NCBI RefSeq assembly: GCF_018350175.1
Contig: NC_058368.1
Location: 90,770,001-90,834,000, forward strand
Length of the DNA: 64,000 nt
Direction: 5' to 3'
From: Felis catus
Taxonomy: Eukaryota
A program made the position numbers and the translations under genes. Positions 37,870 to 49,004 of the stretch are shown here, in pieces. How positions within the stretch are numbered: the first letter of the stretch is position 1; every line of letters begins with the position of its first letter. Below the pieces are notes generated by a model. It had not been told where the DNA came from and did not search any database. It saw only the letters and a list, made by a program, of their open reading frames with translations.

Positions 37870-38240
37870 ATTGTTGTATTTCTCCATTGCTGTGTAACAA
37901 ATTACCCCAAAACTTAGCACTTTAAAACAACAAAATTTATTATCCTACCATTTTTGAGGATCAGGAGTCTGGGAGTGACTTGACTTGGTTCTGAGTCAAG
38001 GTCTTTCACTAGGTTGCAGTCCAGCTGACATTTGGGGCTGTAGTCATCTAGGGCTACATTGTGGCTGCAAAATATACTTTCAAGGTCACTCATGTGCTTA
38101 TTGACAGACCTCTGCTCGTTGCTGACTATGACAGAGGCCTCTGTCCCTCTTTACTTGGGTTTCTCCATGGAGGGACTTTACAAGAGTATGAATAGTAAGA
38201 GGTGAGGATCATTGGAGACCATCTGGAAGGTTGGCTACTA
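37870..38240 (-). mobile_element. MLT1 LTR
   Basis: ccattgctgtgtaacaaattaccccaaaacttagcactttaaaacaaca. Confidence 0.8.
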
Positions 38241-38277
38241 GCTGCTGCAAAGGTGGAGAATGGCACTTACTCTAGGG

Positions 38278-38498
38278 TGGGACTTCTCCACCTTCACACT
38301 ATTGACATTTTGGGCTAGAAAGTTCTTTGCTATGGGGGACTATCTTGTGTACTGTAGAATGTTTAATAGCATCCCTTGTCTCTACCCACTAGATGGCAGT
38401 GGTACTTCCCACCATGACAGTAAAAAGGTCTCCAGACCTTGTCAAAGTCTTTTGTAGGAGGGGCCGAATCACCCTTTCCCTCCAATTGAGAACCACTT
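38278..38498 (-). mobile_element. MER20 (hAT-Charlie)
   Basis: cactattgacattttgggc...ctctacccactagatg...ttgagaaccact matches the recalled MER20 reverse complement. Confidence 0.85.
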
Positions 38499-38861
38499 CT
38501 CCAGGATGTGGTTCTTATTCATGAGATGTGGGATCTATATTGGGTCTCAGATGAATGTCTTAATTTGGTTTCTTTACCTTAAGGAGGTCGGGGCAGAACT
38601 CCAGTGACTCCTAGCTCTGTGTGACTTTCAATATCTCAGTTCTACTTTTAACTGTGTCAACTGGTTTCTGCTGGGTTTGTCTTTCTGTACACTTGCTGCC
38701 ATGGGGTCTCAGCCAGAAATCTCGATGCCGCTCTATACCAGTCCCCTCCTTTATGCTACCAAATGCTTTATGGTTCAGGCACTTTAGCAACCTGAACTCT
38801 AATGTCTGCTTCCTCAATGCGGCATTTGTGCTCTGTCTACCAGACATGCTGGGACTCCAGT

Positions 38862-39065
38862 TTCTTTCTTTTATTTTTTAATTTTTAAATTTATTTTTGT
38901 GAGGGAGAGAGCGTGAGTGGGGAAGGGGCAGAGAGAGAAGGACAGAGGATCCAAAGCAGAGAGAGGGACTGCACCAAGCCCAATGGTGGGCTCGAACTCA
39001 TGAACTGTGAGATCATGACCTGAGCCAAAGTCAGATGCTCAATGAACTGAGCCACTCAGATGCCT
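38862..39065 (-). mobile_element. Can-SINE
   Basis: Antisense SINE, TSD-like tcca(g/c)tttcttt. Confidence 0.9.
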
Positions 39066-39299
39066 CATGGAGTCCACTTTCTTTACTGTGGTCAGGAAAC
39101 TGTCCGAGGTCAAGAGCCAGAGAGCACACGAGGCTCATCTGATGTGCTTCCTTCTCTCAGGAGAGAATAATCATGAGCTGGCGATTGTCTGGTCCCTGAC
39201 AACATTAGCCTTCTGTATTTTGTTTCATTGTATCTGTTGACAGCAGAGGGACAAGTGTGATGCCAATTACTCCATCATGGTGGAGGTAGAAATACCCAA

Positions 39300-39590
39300 C
39301 ATAGTGGTTTTTTTTTAAAGGAACCAACACTTAAAAATCAGAAGATTTCATTTAAAAACAAATCTCCCCATTGCTCTTGAAAATCATATCTGTCCACGTT
39401 TATCCAGACTGAGGGTTACCATTCATCCTCACACTTATGCTGTTGTTTCCCTCAGTTCTATGCATCCCAGTCTCTCTACCTGTGTCTCTTACAAAAATGA
39501 AGAGGTATACTGAGTGGACAGTGTGATTTTTCTCATACGTGTCTAACCTCACTTGTTTTTGTCATCTGTATTTGAGTTGGTCACCTTTTT
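39300..39590 (+). mobile_element. hAT-Charlie (MER113-like) fragment; probable other half at ~29690-29770
   Basis: cacttaaaaatcagaagatttcatttaaaaa...tcttgaaaatca...tgtatttgagttggtcacc. Confidence 0.55.
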
Positions 39591-40677
39591 TCCTGAAATT
39601 TAGGAGCCTTGGGGGGCTGATGGGATCCGGAGAGAGAAAACATCCTGGTGTAATCTGTCTTGCCCATAAGTAAGTCATGGAGACTGTTTGATTTGGGCCA
39701 GTGCATCCCCCACGGATTCACTAGGCTGGGTTTAGCCACACAGCCACCACCAGGCAATTAAATAAACAGACTTCCTGAGGGGTTGGCTCTGATGTGGTTG
39801 TCTGAGCCCAATCAGAAGCTGTTCATTTTCCTGAGGGCTCTGGCAGGACATTCTTCAGTAGCAAGTTACTGAAAGAAAACGCAAACAGGAGAGGAACCCT
39901 GCTTTACACGTGTCTGGGCCACCATCTGATTCAGCTCCCACCCACCCTGTTTAGGGGTTCTGAAGAAGGAACAGCCTTTACCCTAAATGGAGATTGTGTG
40001 GCTAATTTACCCTGTTCGCTAAATCAGAACCACCATCACTGGATCTGTAAAGGCAGGAAGAGTCTTAAACTGTCCTTCAGTGAGATGTGCACATTTGAAT
40101 GTCCAGAGGGGCCAGATATGTAACATAAATGGATCAAGGTAGATGTTTAACAAGAGAGAGTTGGGAGGGGGTGTCTATAGCCACTGGAGAGCACATTCCC
40201 TGGGTGGGCAGTCTGTTTCCAGAAGTTTAAAGCACGGAGCTGGTCAAACAAAGCCACACCTGTGTTTGATTGTGGACTACCTACCAGTTTAGAGATTCTG
40301 GCTCAATGCTTTTAGGTCGATGAGAGACACCACTGCCAGTTTTCCTGGGGGTATCAGCCATTGTGTTGGGATGTGCACAATGTGGAGGGACCTAGTCTCA
40401 GTAGTTTGAGCCATTCCTGTGGGATGTGGGGGGTTATATGCCCCAGGGCCAAGAGCTGGAGTGAGCCCTACAGTTGGGGCTTGATGGCTCTGAGTTTCCT
40501 TCTGACCACATGATACTGTCCCCTCAGGACTATCTGTATTCTGGGACCCAGGGGCTGCACTTTTCCGAGATTTGGAGATATTTGGTGCTCAGTGAGTGCA
40601 GGGGCTGTGGAGGGGAGGGAAGGGGGCTTGCACCATGCGGCCATTCACCCTGCACGGACTCTTTCCCCACATCTCAC

Positions 40678-40739
40678 CCTACCGGCCCTGACTCCAGCCT
40701 GCCCTACTGTGGGACACACCAGATGTTGAAGTTCTGGGT
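40678..40739 (-). pseudogene. Putative pseudo-exon (62 nt, phase 1-0)
   Basis: CCCCTCACTGTTCAG|AC acceptor, AGG|GTGAGA donor; PELQHLVCPTVGQAGVRAGR. Confidence 0.3.
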
Positions 40740-41614
40740 CTGAACAGTGAGGGGTGGGGACAGGCAATGGCCCCCCTGAGCCCATGAGGCCATGAGAGAT
40801 GGTCACACAGAAACCCCTATTCCAGTTCTTGACCACAGAAAACAGTCCTCCAGCCTGGCAGAGATCCCCTACTACGTGAGTTTGGAAACACCCTCCCTTA
40901 CCTACAGCCTTATTTTGGTTCTCACATTCAGAGTCAACTCCACTTCTGCAACGGGTCCCTAGGTGCGCTGAGGAGGAACCAGTGGCCTAGGCTGGCTTGT
41001 CATACTCACTACCTGATTGGTGACCTTACAGCATCTTGGTTCTCTTCACTTTTTCTAGGTGTTCATGAGAAAAGTGTGCATACTCGGTTTTTAAATATTA
41101 TATTTCTAGGAATGCTGATTTTAATTATCTTACCAGATTTAGAAGAACACCATCCAGTGTATAGGTATTAATACCTACGTATAATTATGTAACAATTACA
41201 TATAATTGTTTTCAACTATCAGGAAACTAGGAATAGACAGAAACTTCCTTAACTTCATAACTACTACTGTATTCCAAAAGCCTGCAGCAAATACTTGGTT
41301 GAAGATGTTTTGGACATCTTTATACTGTGAACAGGACTGGGTAATAAGGCTCGTGGCACTCCCACTGGTAACACCATATTTGGGGTCTCTAAGGAATGGA
41401 ATTGGCCAAAGACACTTCAGGATTAGAAGGAAAAGGTTTAAAGCCTCATTCTTTGCAGACGATAACATTATATGTATCTATTAAAGTCGATTGAATCAAC
41501 AGACCAAATAATAGAACAAGGAGCTCAAACAAGGTTTCTGGACGCATCCTTCATCAGCTTACTGTCACCAACAGCCTCCCTCTACATCAGCAACGGCCAA
41601 CTAGAAAATCAGTC

Positions 41615-41748
41615 ATGTTGCTTCCGGGCTGGTGGCCACAGGGAGGTGCTGGGAGGGTGGCCTGCCTGCTCCCCTTCCCCATACCTTTCTTTTTTTTTTA
41701 AGTTTATTTATTTTGAGGGAGACAAAGACAGTGCAAGTGGGGTGGGGC

Positions 41749-41781
<33 letters not shown>

Positions 41782-41990
41782 GAATCCCAAGCAGGCTTCA
41801 TGCTGCCAGCTGCGGAGTGCAACATGGGGCTCGAACCCATGAACCATGAGATCATGACCTGAGCCAGAAACCAAGAGCCGGACGCTTAACCGACTGAGCC
41901 ACCCAGGTGCCCCTCCCCCATACCTTGCTCTCTGCATTTCTTCCATTCGGCCATTCCTGTTATATCCTTTACAATAAACTGGTAAATGGA
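41615..41990 (+). mobile_element. MER21-like LTR fragment split by a Can-SINE (41686-41912, minus)
   Basis: ggaggtgctgggagggtgg...ccataccttgc...atcctttacaataaactggtaa; SINE TSD ccccatacctt. Confidence 0.75.
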
Positions 41991-42628
41991 CTGAAGGCAA
42001 AGACTCTAAATACCCTTTTCTAAAATCTGAAGCTCTTTTTTTTTTTTATCGATTCAATTTCAGAGTAGAAAATACAGAAGACTCCTTGGCTTACACATGA
42101 CTCTGTAAGAGAATCAGTACTTATAGGAGCCATGAAATTCCAGGTATTGAAGCAATAGCAGAATTATCCCTGGACTACAAATTTACAGGGTTCTCTCCAA
42201 ACAATCCAAAAAACAGTTGGCTACTATCCGAACCTTCCATTGGTCTTATCAAATGATGAGGTGCTAACAACCAAATAAATGATCTTTACTAAAATATGAA
42301 ATGAAAAATCACATATACAGCAAATGTACTGTAAAAGTGGCAATATTAAAAAAATACCATAAAATGCTTTACAAAAATGAATTGTTAATGAAAAGTGACC
42401 AAGAAATTGAAAAAAAAAAGTCATCACTTGCAACAGGAAAAAAAAGCATCTTGAGATCATCCTAACAAAGAATGCACAGGACCTTTCTGTAGAAAAATTA
42501 AATTTTAGTATAGGACATAAAGGGAGACATTACCAAATGGAGAAATTACCATGGGCATGGTTGAGATGTTTTAATGCTATGACTCTTGAGTCTTCTAGAC
42601 TCATCTAGGCATTAAATGCAATTGGATT

Positions 42629-42842
42629 GGGGTGCCTGGGTGGCTCAGTTGGTTGAGTGTACAACTTCGGCTCAGGTCATGATCCCACAGTTCATAGGTT
42701 TAAGCCCTGCATTGGGCTCTGTGCTGACAGCTCAAAGCCTGGAGCCTGTTTCAGATTCTGTGTCTCCCTCTCTCTTTGCCCCTCTCCTGCTCGTGCTCTG
42801 TTTCTCTTTCTCTCTCTCAAAAATAAATAAACATTAAAAAAA
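42629..42842 (+). mobile_element. Can-SINE
   Basis: Perfect 15-bp TSD taaatgcaattggat. Confidence 0.97.
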
Positions 42843-43150
42843 TAAATGCAATTGGATCAATATTTCAGCTAGAATTGTTGAGGAGATCAACAAACTCACT
42901 GTGGAATTTATATGAAAGAGTCAAGGTGTAAGAGGAGGTAAATCAATCTTTCAAAATTGCTCTGGACCAGATGTCATGGCATATCACAGAGGCTGGGATC
43001 CTGGTCGGGAATAGCCTGGGATGTCGGTAGCATGGAATAGGGAGCTCAAAATAGAGCAGGTGCATCTGGGAACTTGATATACAATGCAGGTGGAAAGAGG
43101 AAAAAGATGGGTTGTTAAGTGGATGAGGCTGGGAAAACTGGCTCACTTTA

Positions 43151-44288
43151 TTTGTTTTTAATTGTTTTAGGTTTTTATTTTAATTCCAGTTAATTAACAT
43201 ACAGCATTATATTCGTTTCAGGTGCACAATTTAGTGATTCAACACTTACATACAACACCTGGTGCTCATCATAAGGGCCCTCCTTAATCCCCATCACCTA
43301 TTTCACCCATCCCCTCGCCCTCTCCCCTCAGGTAACCATCAGATTGTGTTCGATAATTAAGAGTCTGTTTCTTGGTTTCTCTCTCTCTCTCTTATTTTTT
43401 CCCTTTGCTTGTTTGTTTTGTTTCTTTAATTTCACATATGAGTGAAATCATATGGTATCTGTCTTTCTCTGATTGATTTATTTTGCTTAGCATTATAGTC
43501 TCTAGCTCCATCCGTGTCATTGCAAGTGGCAAGATTTCATTCTTTTTTTACGGCTGAATAATAATCCATTGCATGTATATACACCACTTCTTCTTTATCC
43601 ATTTATCTATCAATGGAAACTTGGGCTGCTTCCATAATTTGGCTATTGTAAATAATGCTGCTATAAACATAAGGGTGCATGTATCCCATTGAATTAGTGT
43701 TCTTGTGTACTTTGAGTAAATACCCAGTAATGTGATTGCTGGATCACAAGGTAGTTCTATTTTTAACTTTTTGAGGAACCTCCATACTGTTTTCCACAGT
43801 GGCTGCACCAGTTTGCATTCCCACCAACAGTGCACGAGGGTTCTTTTTCTCCACATGCTTGCCAACACCTATTGTTTCATGTGTTGTTCATTGTAGCCAT
43901 TCTGCCAGGTGTGAGGTGATACCTATCTCATCGTAGTTTTGATTTGTATTTCCCTGATGATGAGTGATGCTGAGCATCTTTTCATGTGTCTGTATGTCTT
44001 CTTTGGAAAAATGTCTGTTCATGTCTTCTGCCCATTTTTAAATTGAATTGTTTTTTAGGTGTTGAGTTTTCTAAGTTCTTTATATATTCTGGATATAAAT
44101 TCTTTGTCAGATATGTCATTTGCAAATACTTTCACTCAGAAGATTGCCTTTTAGTTTTGTTGATTGTTTCCTTTGCCATGCAGCTTTTTAGTTTGATGTG
44201 TAGTTTGATGTATAAAAATAGTTTATTTTTGCTTTTGTTTTCCTTGCCTCAGGAGACATCTCTAGAAAGAAGTTACTCTAACTGATGT
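43151..44288 (-). mobile_element. 5'-truncated carnivore L1
   Basis: ORF2 C-terminus ([28 protein letters not shown]), 3'UTR, perfect 17-bp TSD aaaactggctcacttta. Confidence 0.96.
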
Positions 44289-44318
44289 AAAACTGGCTCA
44301 CTTTAAAAGTGGACTCCT

Positions 44319-44555
44319 GGGGTGCCTGGGTGGCTCAGTTGGTTAAGTATCCAACTCTTGATTTTGGCTCAGATCATGATGTCACAGTTTTGTGAATTCG
44401 AGCCCCAGGTAGGGCTCTGCCCTGACGGCGCAGAGTTTGCTTGGGATTCTCTCTCTCTCTCTCTGCCCCTCCCCTGCTCGCACTCTATCTCTCTCCCTCT
44501 CTCTCTTCCCCTCCTCCCCCTCTCAAAATAAATAAACATTAAAAAAGAAAAAATA
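44319..44555 (+). mobile_element. Can-SINE
   Basis: Head, (CT)n, A-tail. Confidence 0.94.
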
Positions 44556-44888
44556 ACCACCTATGTAAGATGCATCACACATAGTACCTAGCTCCCATAC
44601 TAAGCATTTAAAAAAATCTACATTCTCCTACGATCACTGCTGTCACTTATCATTTTTTCCTTCCAGACTTGAAACAACATGCAACTACTTTTCCACTTCA
44701 TTTGTTTTAAACCACCTTTTAAATCATGAGGAATGCATCATGATGCCTGGGATGTGATTGGATTAAGGTGTCTTTTGCCGTAAATTAAAATCCAGTTTTC
44801 CCACCTTTATGGTTCCTCCATGGTTCCTCCATGTGGGAACAAATATCTTTGGTAAATTTATTTTAAAAGCTGGAATTTGCTTGACTAT

Positions 44889-44891
<3 letters not shown>

Positions 44892-44925
<34 letters not shown>
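44892..44925. repeat. (TG)n microsatellite
   Basis: Perfect GT run. Confidence 0.97.
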
Positions 44926-44928
<3 letters not shown>

Positions 44929-45099
44929 TTATATAGACAGGCCTCAACTGCAGAGATTTGTGCTAAGGCCATACGCCTCCGATCACAGCTTTGTTAACAC
45001 AGATGCATGCAACCCCCTGACTTCTTTTCTTCCACTTGATTTTTTTCCTACTTTCCATTTCCCCACCCCATTGCCTCCCACTCTAGTCACGTTTGCTAA

Positions 45100-45220
45100 C
45101 ATTTTTAAAATTATTTTTGAGAGAGAGAGAATGCATGCATGAGTGGGACAGAGGGGCAGAGAGAAAGAGAGAGAGAGAATCTTAAGTGGGCTCCACACCC
45201 CGCTCAGAGCCTGACACAGC
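45100..45220 (-). mobile_element. Truncated Can-SINE followed by a MIR fragment (~45240-45360)
   Basis: ggggcagagagaaagagagagagagaatcttaag; ttcattttacagatga. Confidence 0.8.
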
Positions 45221-45695
45221 TCATGGCCACCGCTAGTATTTTCATTTTACAGATGATGCTCTTGACATTTGGAGAGGGAGGTAAGAACCTTGTTGGAAAT
45301 TGTGAAGTGAAGAGTTGACTGGCTTGGAAGTCAGGGCATCGGCCTCAAAGCCTGTGCCTTGACCCAGTGATGAGGGTTGGGATAATGGCCAAACCGAGAT
45401 GGCTCTATAAAATGAAATGGGATGCAACCAAGATAAAAAGCAGCAACAGATGGGAAGTAATGGCTGTCCTCAAGATGACAGGGAAAATTAATATAAATAT
45501 AAGGGCCTGTTGCAACTCTAATCCTCCAGGACAAAGTGTCCAAAGCAAGTGAAAAAGGAATTTATTGAAAAGGAAACCAAGCAGCAAGCCAATGTCTCAA
45601 GGAGTGTTTCACTTTGCAAGGCATTAAGGAAATTCTAAGCTGTAAGGCGTTATCACCTTACACATAACCATGCCGTTTTTAAAAAATTGCAAACC

Positions 45696-45935
45696 AGGAC
45701 GTGTGGGTGGCTCAGTTGGTTAAGCATCCGACTTCAGCTCAGGTCACGATCTCCCTGTTAGTGAGTTGCAGGACTCCTCTCCCCACCCCTCTTCTCCCCA
45801 CCCTACCCTCTGAGCTGTTGGCACAGAGCCTGGAGCCTGCTTTGGGTTCCGTGTTTCCCTCTCTCTCTGCCCCTCCCCTGCTTGCACTCTGTCTCTATCT
45901 CAAAAACTAAACACAAAAATTTTTTTAAATTAAAA
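45696..45935 (+). mobile_element. Can-SINE with a C-rich internal replacement
   Basis: TSD aaaaaattgca. Confidence 0.9.
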
Positions 45936-46053
45936 AAAATTGCATGCCATAAAACTCAATGCTGGCGAGAGCATGGGGGATATTCACCCTCACCCATAGC
46001 TGGCAGGAGGCAAACATGGATCCGGCTGTCCTGGGAGGGTAAACACCCCTCAC

Positions 46054-46910
46054 ATGGGAACCAAAACACTGCCGTGTATTTTTGCTACTGTCCCTTTAAA
46101 ATGTATTTGATGGGAGGAAATCTTGCCTTCTCCAGAGGAAAAGTCAGCAGGTGTCAGGCTCCAGAAGTTAGCCTGTCCCGTTCAAGGTAGTGACTAAACT
46201 ACGTGTGGTGGCACGATCCATCTTGCACCTTCTTCCAGCTGGGGTCCCACCACAGGAACCTGGTTTCTCTGTTTCTCATCTACAGTTTTCCCCACCCCCC
46301 ACCTTAATCTTGCCTACTAGGGTGGGCTGGCTTCCTGCACTTGGCCTGAATGTTGGGCTTTCTCTCTCATGTGTACTGTTTGATGGTTGCTGGAAAGTTC
46401 CTTACTAGACTCTTCACAGCTTCTGTGACTTCAGGGTTCCTGGGATGGAAAGTCCCTCTATCCCATGGGAGCCTCAGGATGGGGGGGTGGGAGTTGCTGT
46501 AGCTATCTAACAGATGAACAACCACCTTTTCTTCCTCCAGCCCCTCCTGGCATCCCCAGCTTCTGGTTCTCTGCAGGGTCATTGCATGCAGACTCCCCCT
46601 GAATCCATTGTCTTCTCAGACTGAGGGACTAACATATCTGGAGCATCCTTTCCTTTTTTTTTTTAAATGTTTATTTATTTATTTTTGAGAGAGAGAGAGC
46701 AAAAACATGAGCAGGAGAGGGGGAGAGAGAGAGAAGGAGAGAGAGAATCCCAAGCAGGCTCTGTGCTGCCAGTGCAGAGCCTGATGTGGGGCTCAAACTC
46801 ACAAACTGTGAGATCATGACCTGAGCTAAAATCCGGAGTCGGACACTTAACTGACTGAGCCACCCAGGTGCCCCATCCATCCTTTTTTCCCATGCTCTTA
46901 TTTATTTATT

Positions 46911-46964
<54 letters not shown>

Positions 46965-47351
46965 TGCACGAGCGATGGAGGGGCAGAGGGCGGGGGGAGA
47001 CACAGAATCTGAAGCAGGCTCTAGGCTCTGAGCTGTTAAGCATAGAGCCTGACATGGGGTTCGAACCCATGAACCATGAGATCATGAACCGAAGTTAGAC
47101 GATTTACTGACTGAACCACCCAGGCACCTCTGGAGCATCCTGAATCCTTGGCCCAGAGGGACTTGGGGAGGCAGGCTGTTTCCAACTGGGTAGCTCCCTC
47201 CAGAATCTACTCTCCTGGCAATGACTTAGCTGGCATTGGCTTCCATGTGGGGGTCAGACTCCAGTCCTCAGTGCCCATGACCTCCAAGTGGCCCCATGGA
47301 AGCACCCTCATGAGACTAGAGGTGAAGGAGGCAGCATCCTACAGCCACACT
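46054..47351 (-). pseudogene. Putative pseudo-exon split by nested SINEs
   Basis: CCCCTCTCCTTGGCCCTCAG|A acceptor; VWL*DAASFTSSLMRVLPWGHLEV... continues in frame across the SINE site into ORF 46367..46582; later ARFPPIKY; donor CAT|GTGAGG. Confidence 0.55.
46650..47128 (-). mobile_element. Two Can-SINEs, one (46655-46874) in the tail of the other
   Basis: Outer TSD tctggagcatcct. Confidence 0.94.
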
Positions 47352-47814
47352 CTGAGGGCCAAGGAGAGGGGCGGGGGGGGAGGAACCATTCATATCATGA
47401 CAGTGGCTCTTTTCAAATAAATGTGCTCCAAATCTCTCTTCAAAATTCTCTTGCAACACCTTTATATTATCCTAGTTGGTGAAGAGGCTCCGTAGCAACA
47501 GGCATGCAGGCTGAATTTTGGGGTGCCACACTTTCGACTTCCACTTCGATTCCATCTGGGAGCAACCATTAATTTGACATACATATTTGAGCACTAGTGC
47601 ATGGGGGACACACCACGGTAGGTTCTGAGTATGCAAATGTGCCTCTGATGTGGTCTCTGTCTGTAACATTCAGGAAAGCAAATGGGTGAGGGGAGGGGAG
47701 GAAAGAAGGCATCTCCCTGATGACCCCAGGACAAGGAGTCATGACCCCAGTGTCATGGAGTCGGTGCCTATTGATGGCAGGCATACCAGGCTCATACTCA
47801 GGGCTGGGCAGTGG

Positions 47815-48070
47815 GGTTCACTCAGTCTGAATTGGAAGCCACAAAAAACCTGCTTAAAGTGTCTTAAACTCTAAAGGGAATAGATCAGCTCCTGTCACTG
47901 ACAAGTCTGGAGATAATTGGTTGCAAGTGGGGCTTGATGCAGTCATTGGAATGAGGTCACTAAGGACCAGCCCCAGTCCTCTGGGATTCTCTTGGCTCTG
48001 CCATCTCCAAATGCTGGATTCATCCTTAGCCTGGCTCCCACATGCAAGTACGTAGCTGCAGTGGCTCCCG
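47815..48070 (-). mobile_element. Ancient ERVL/MaLR LTR fragment
   Basis: cctgcttaaagtgtcttaaac..aaagggaat; ggattcatccttagcctggctcccac. Confidence 0.5.
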
Positions 48071-48152
48071 ACCACCCACCTTCACTATCTCTTCCTGAGG
48101 CACCCATGGCATAGGGGACCCAGGCTTCCTGGGATAGAAGCCTGAGGCTCAC

Positions 48153-48246
48153 TCCAATTGGACCCACTGAGGTCGTTGGGCCAGTTCCTGGGGCCAAGTA
48201 CGTGCAATGTGCTGACTGTCTTCGGCCCCAGTTCCCCAATTCATCC
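48153..48246 (-). pseudogene. Putative pseudo-exon (94 nt, phase 1-2)
   Basis: TCCTCAACTTCCTTCAACAG|GG acceptor, GGA|GTGAGC donor; MNWGTGAEDSQHIARTWPQELAQRPQWVQL joins the 47351 block in phase. Confidence 0.45.
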
Positions 48247-49004
48247 CTGTTGAAGGAAGTTGAGGAGAGGTGACCAGCGATGTGAAGGGCAGAGGAGGAA
48301 ATGGGAAGCCCACCCATGCTGCGGAAGCATGATTTCCTCCACCATTACTTTATCCCCCCATTTTGCAGGTAAGTAGCTGCTTTGCCTGAGGCCACATCGG
48401 GAGCTAGTGGATATGACCCCATGTCTGAAGACCCCGAGCCCAAGCTCTCGCCACTCTCCTGTCTCCTAATGGGTACACGAGGCCCCACCAGTCTGGTCAG
48501 GGACACAGAGGTCTGCAGACCACGGCATGAAGCTTCCAGTTAGAGAACAGGAGGGCATGTGGAGCTGGGGTCGGCAGTAAGGTGGGGTTGGTGATTGGTG
48601 AAGGGTGGTCTAAGGCTGGATGACAGCCCATGAAGGTCAAGTTAAGGCGGCTGCCCTTCTCCTGTAGGACACGGGGAGCAATGGACAGCTTTTTAGCAAG
48701 GAAGTGAAGGGATCACTGCTAGGTCTTGGAGAGAGCACTGGGGTTCTGGGTGAATGGATAGGAGGCAAGGTATGTACTTAAGGTGCCAGACGTGAGTACT
48801 ATGGTGGCACGTGGGAGGACATACCAGTGTTTCTTCCCTGGCAGTTCCTGGTTATTTCCACCCACAGCCAGCACCTCCGGCCTGCCTGAGCTCATTTTGG
48901 AGGCCGAGCCTTTGCCCAGCTGGACTCAACACTGAGCTCTGGGGCTGGGGGCAGGGATGGTGGTACCAGAAACAGGCACCATCCAGTCCTTGGCATTTTA
49001 CATA

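Larger units (their letters stand above)
29790..39295 (-). mobile_element. Ancient L1 relic spanning 3' end to 5' terminus, host to nested LTRs, MER20 and SINEs
   Basis: Continuous T-rich antisense ORF2/ORF1-like sequence. Ends in ttactccatcatggtggaggtagaaat, which resembles recalled old L1M 5' termini. Confidence 0.7.
41180..43133 (+). mobile_element. Old L1 ORF2 fragments
   Basis: Degenerate ORF2 peptides (KLGIDRNFLN, SFFADD). Confidence 0.75.

Noticed and set aside
40528..40591. Plus-strand AG/GTGAGT-bounded 64-nt open segment (DYLYSGTQGLHFSEIWRYLVL)
   Set aside because: Isolated; no partner plus-strand exons found.
43548..43868. ORFs with [13 protein letters not shown] (also 59271..59824)
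   Set aside because: L1 ORF2 C-terminal remnants, not host genes.
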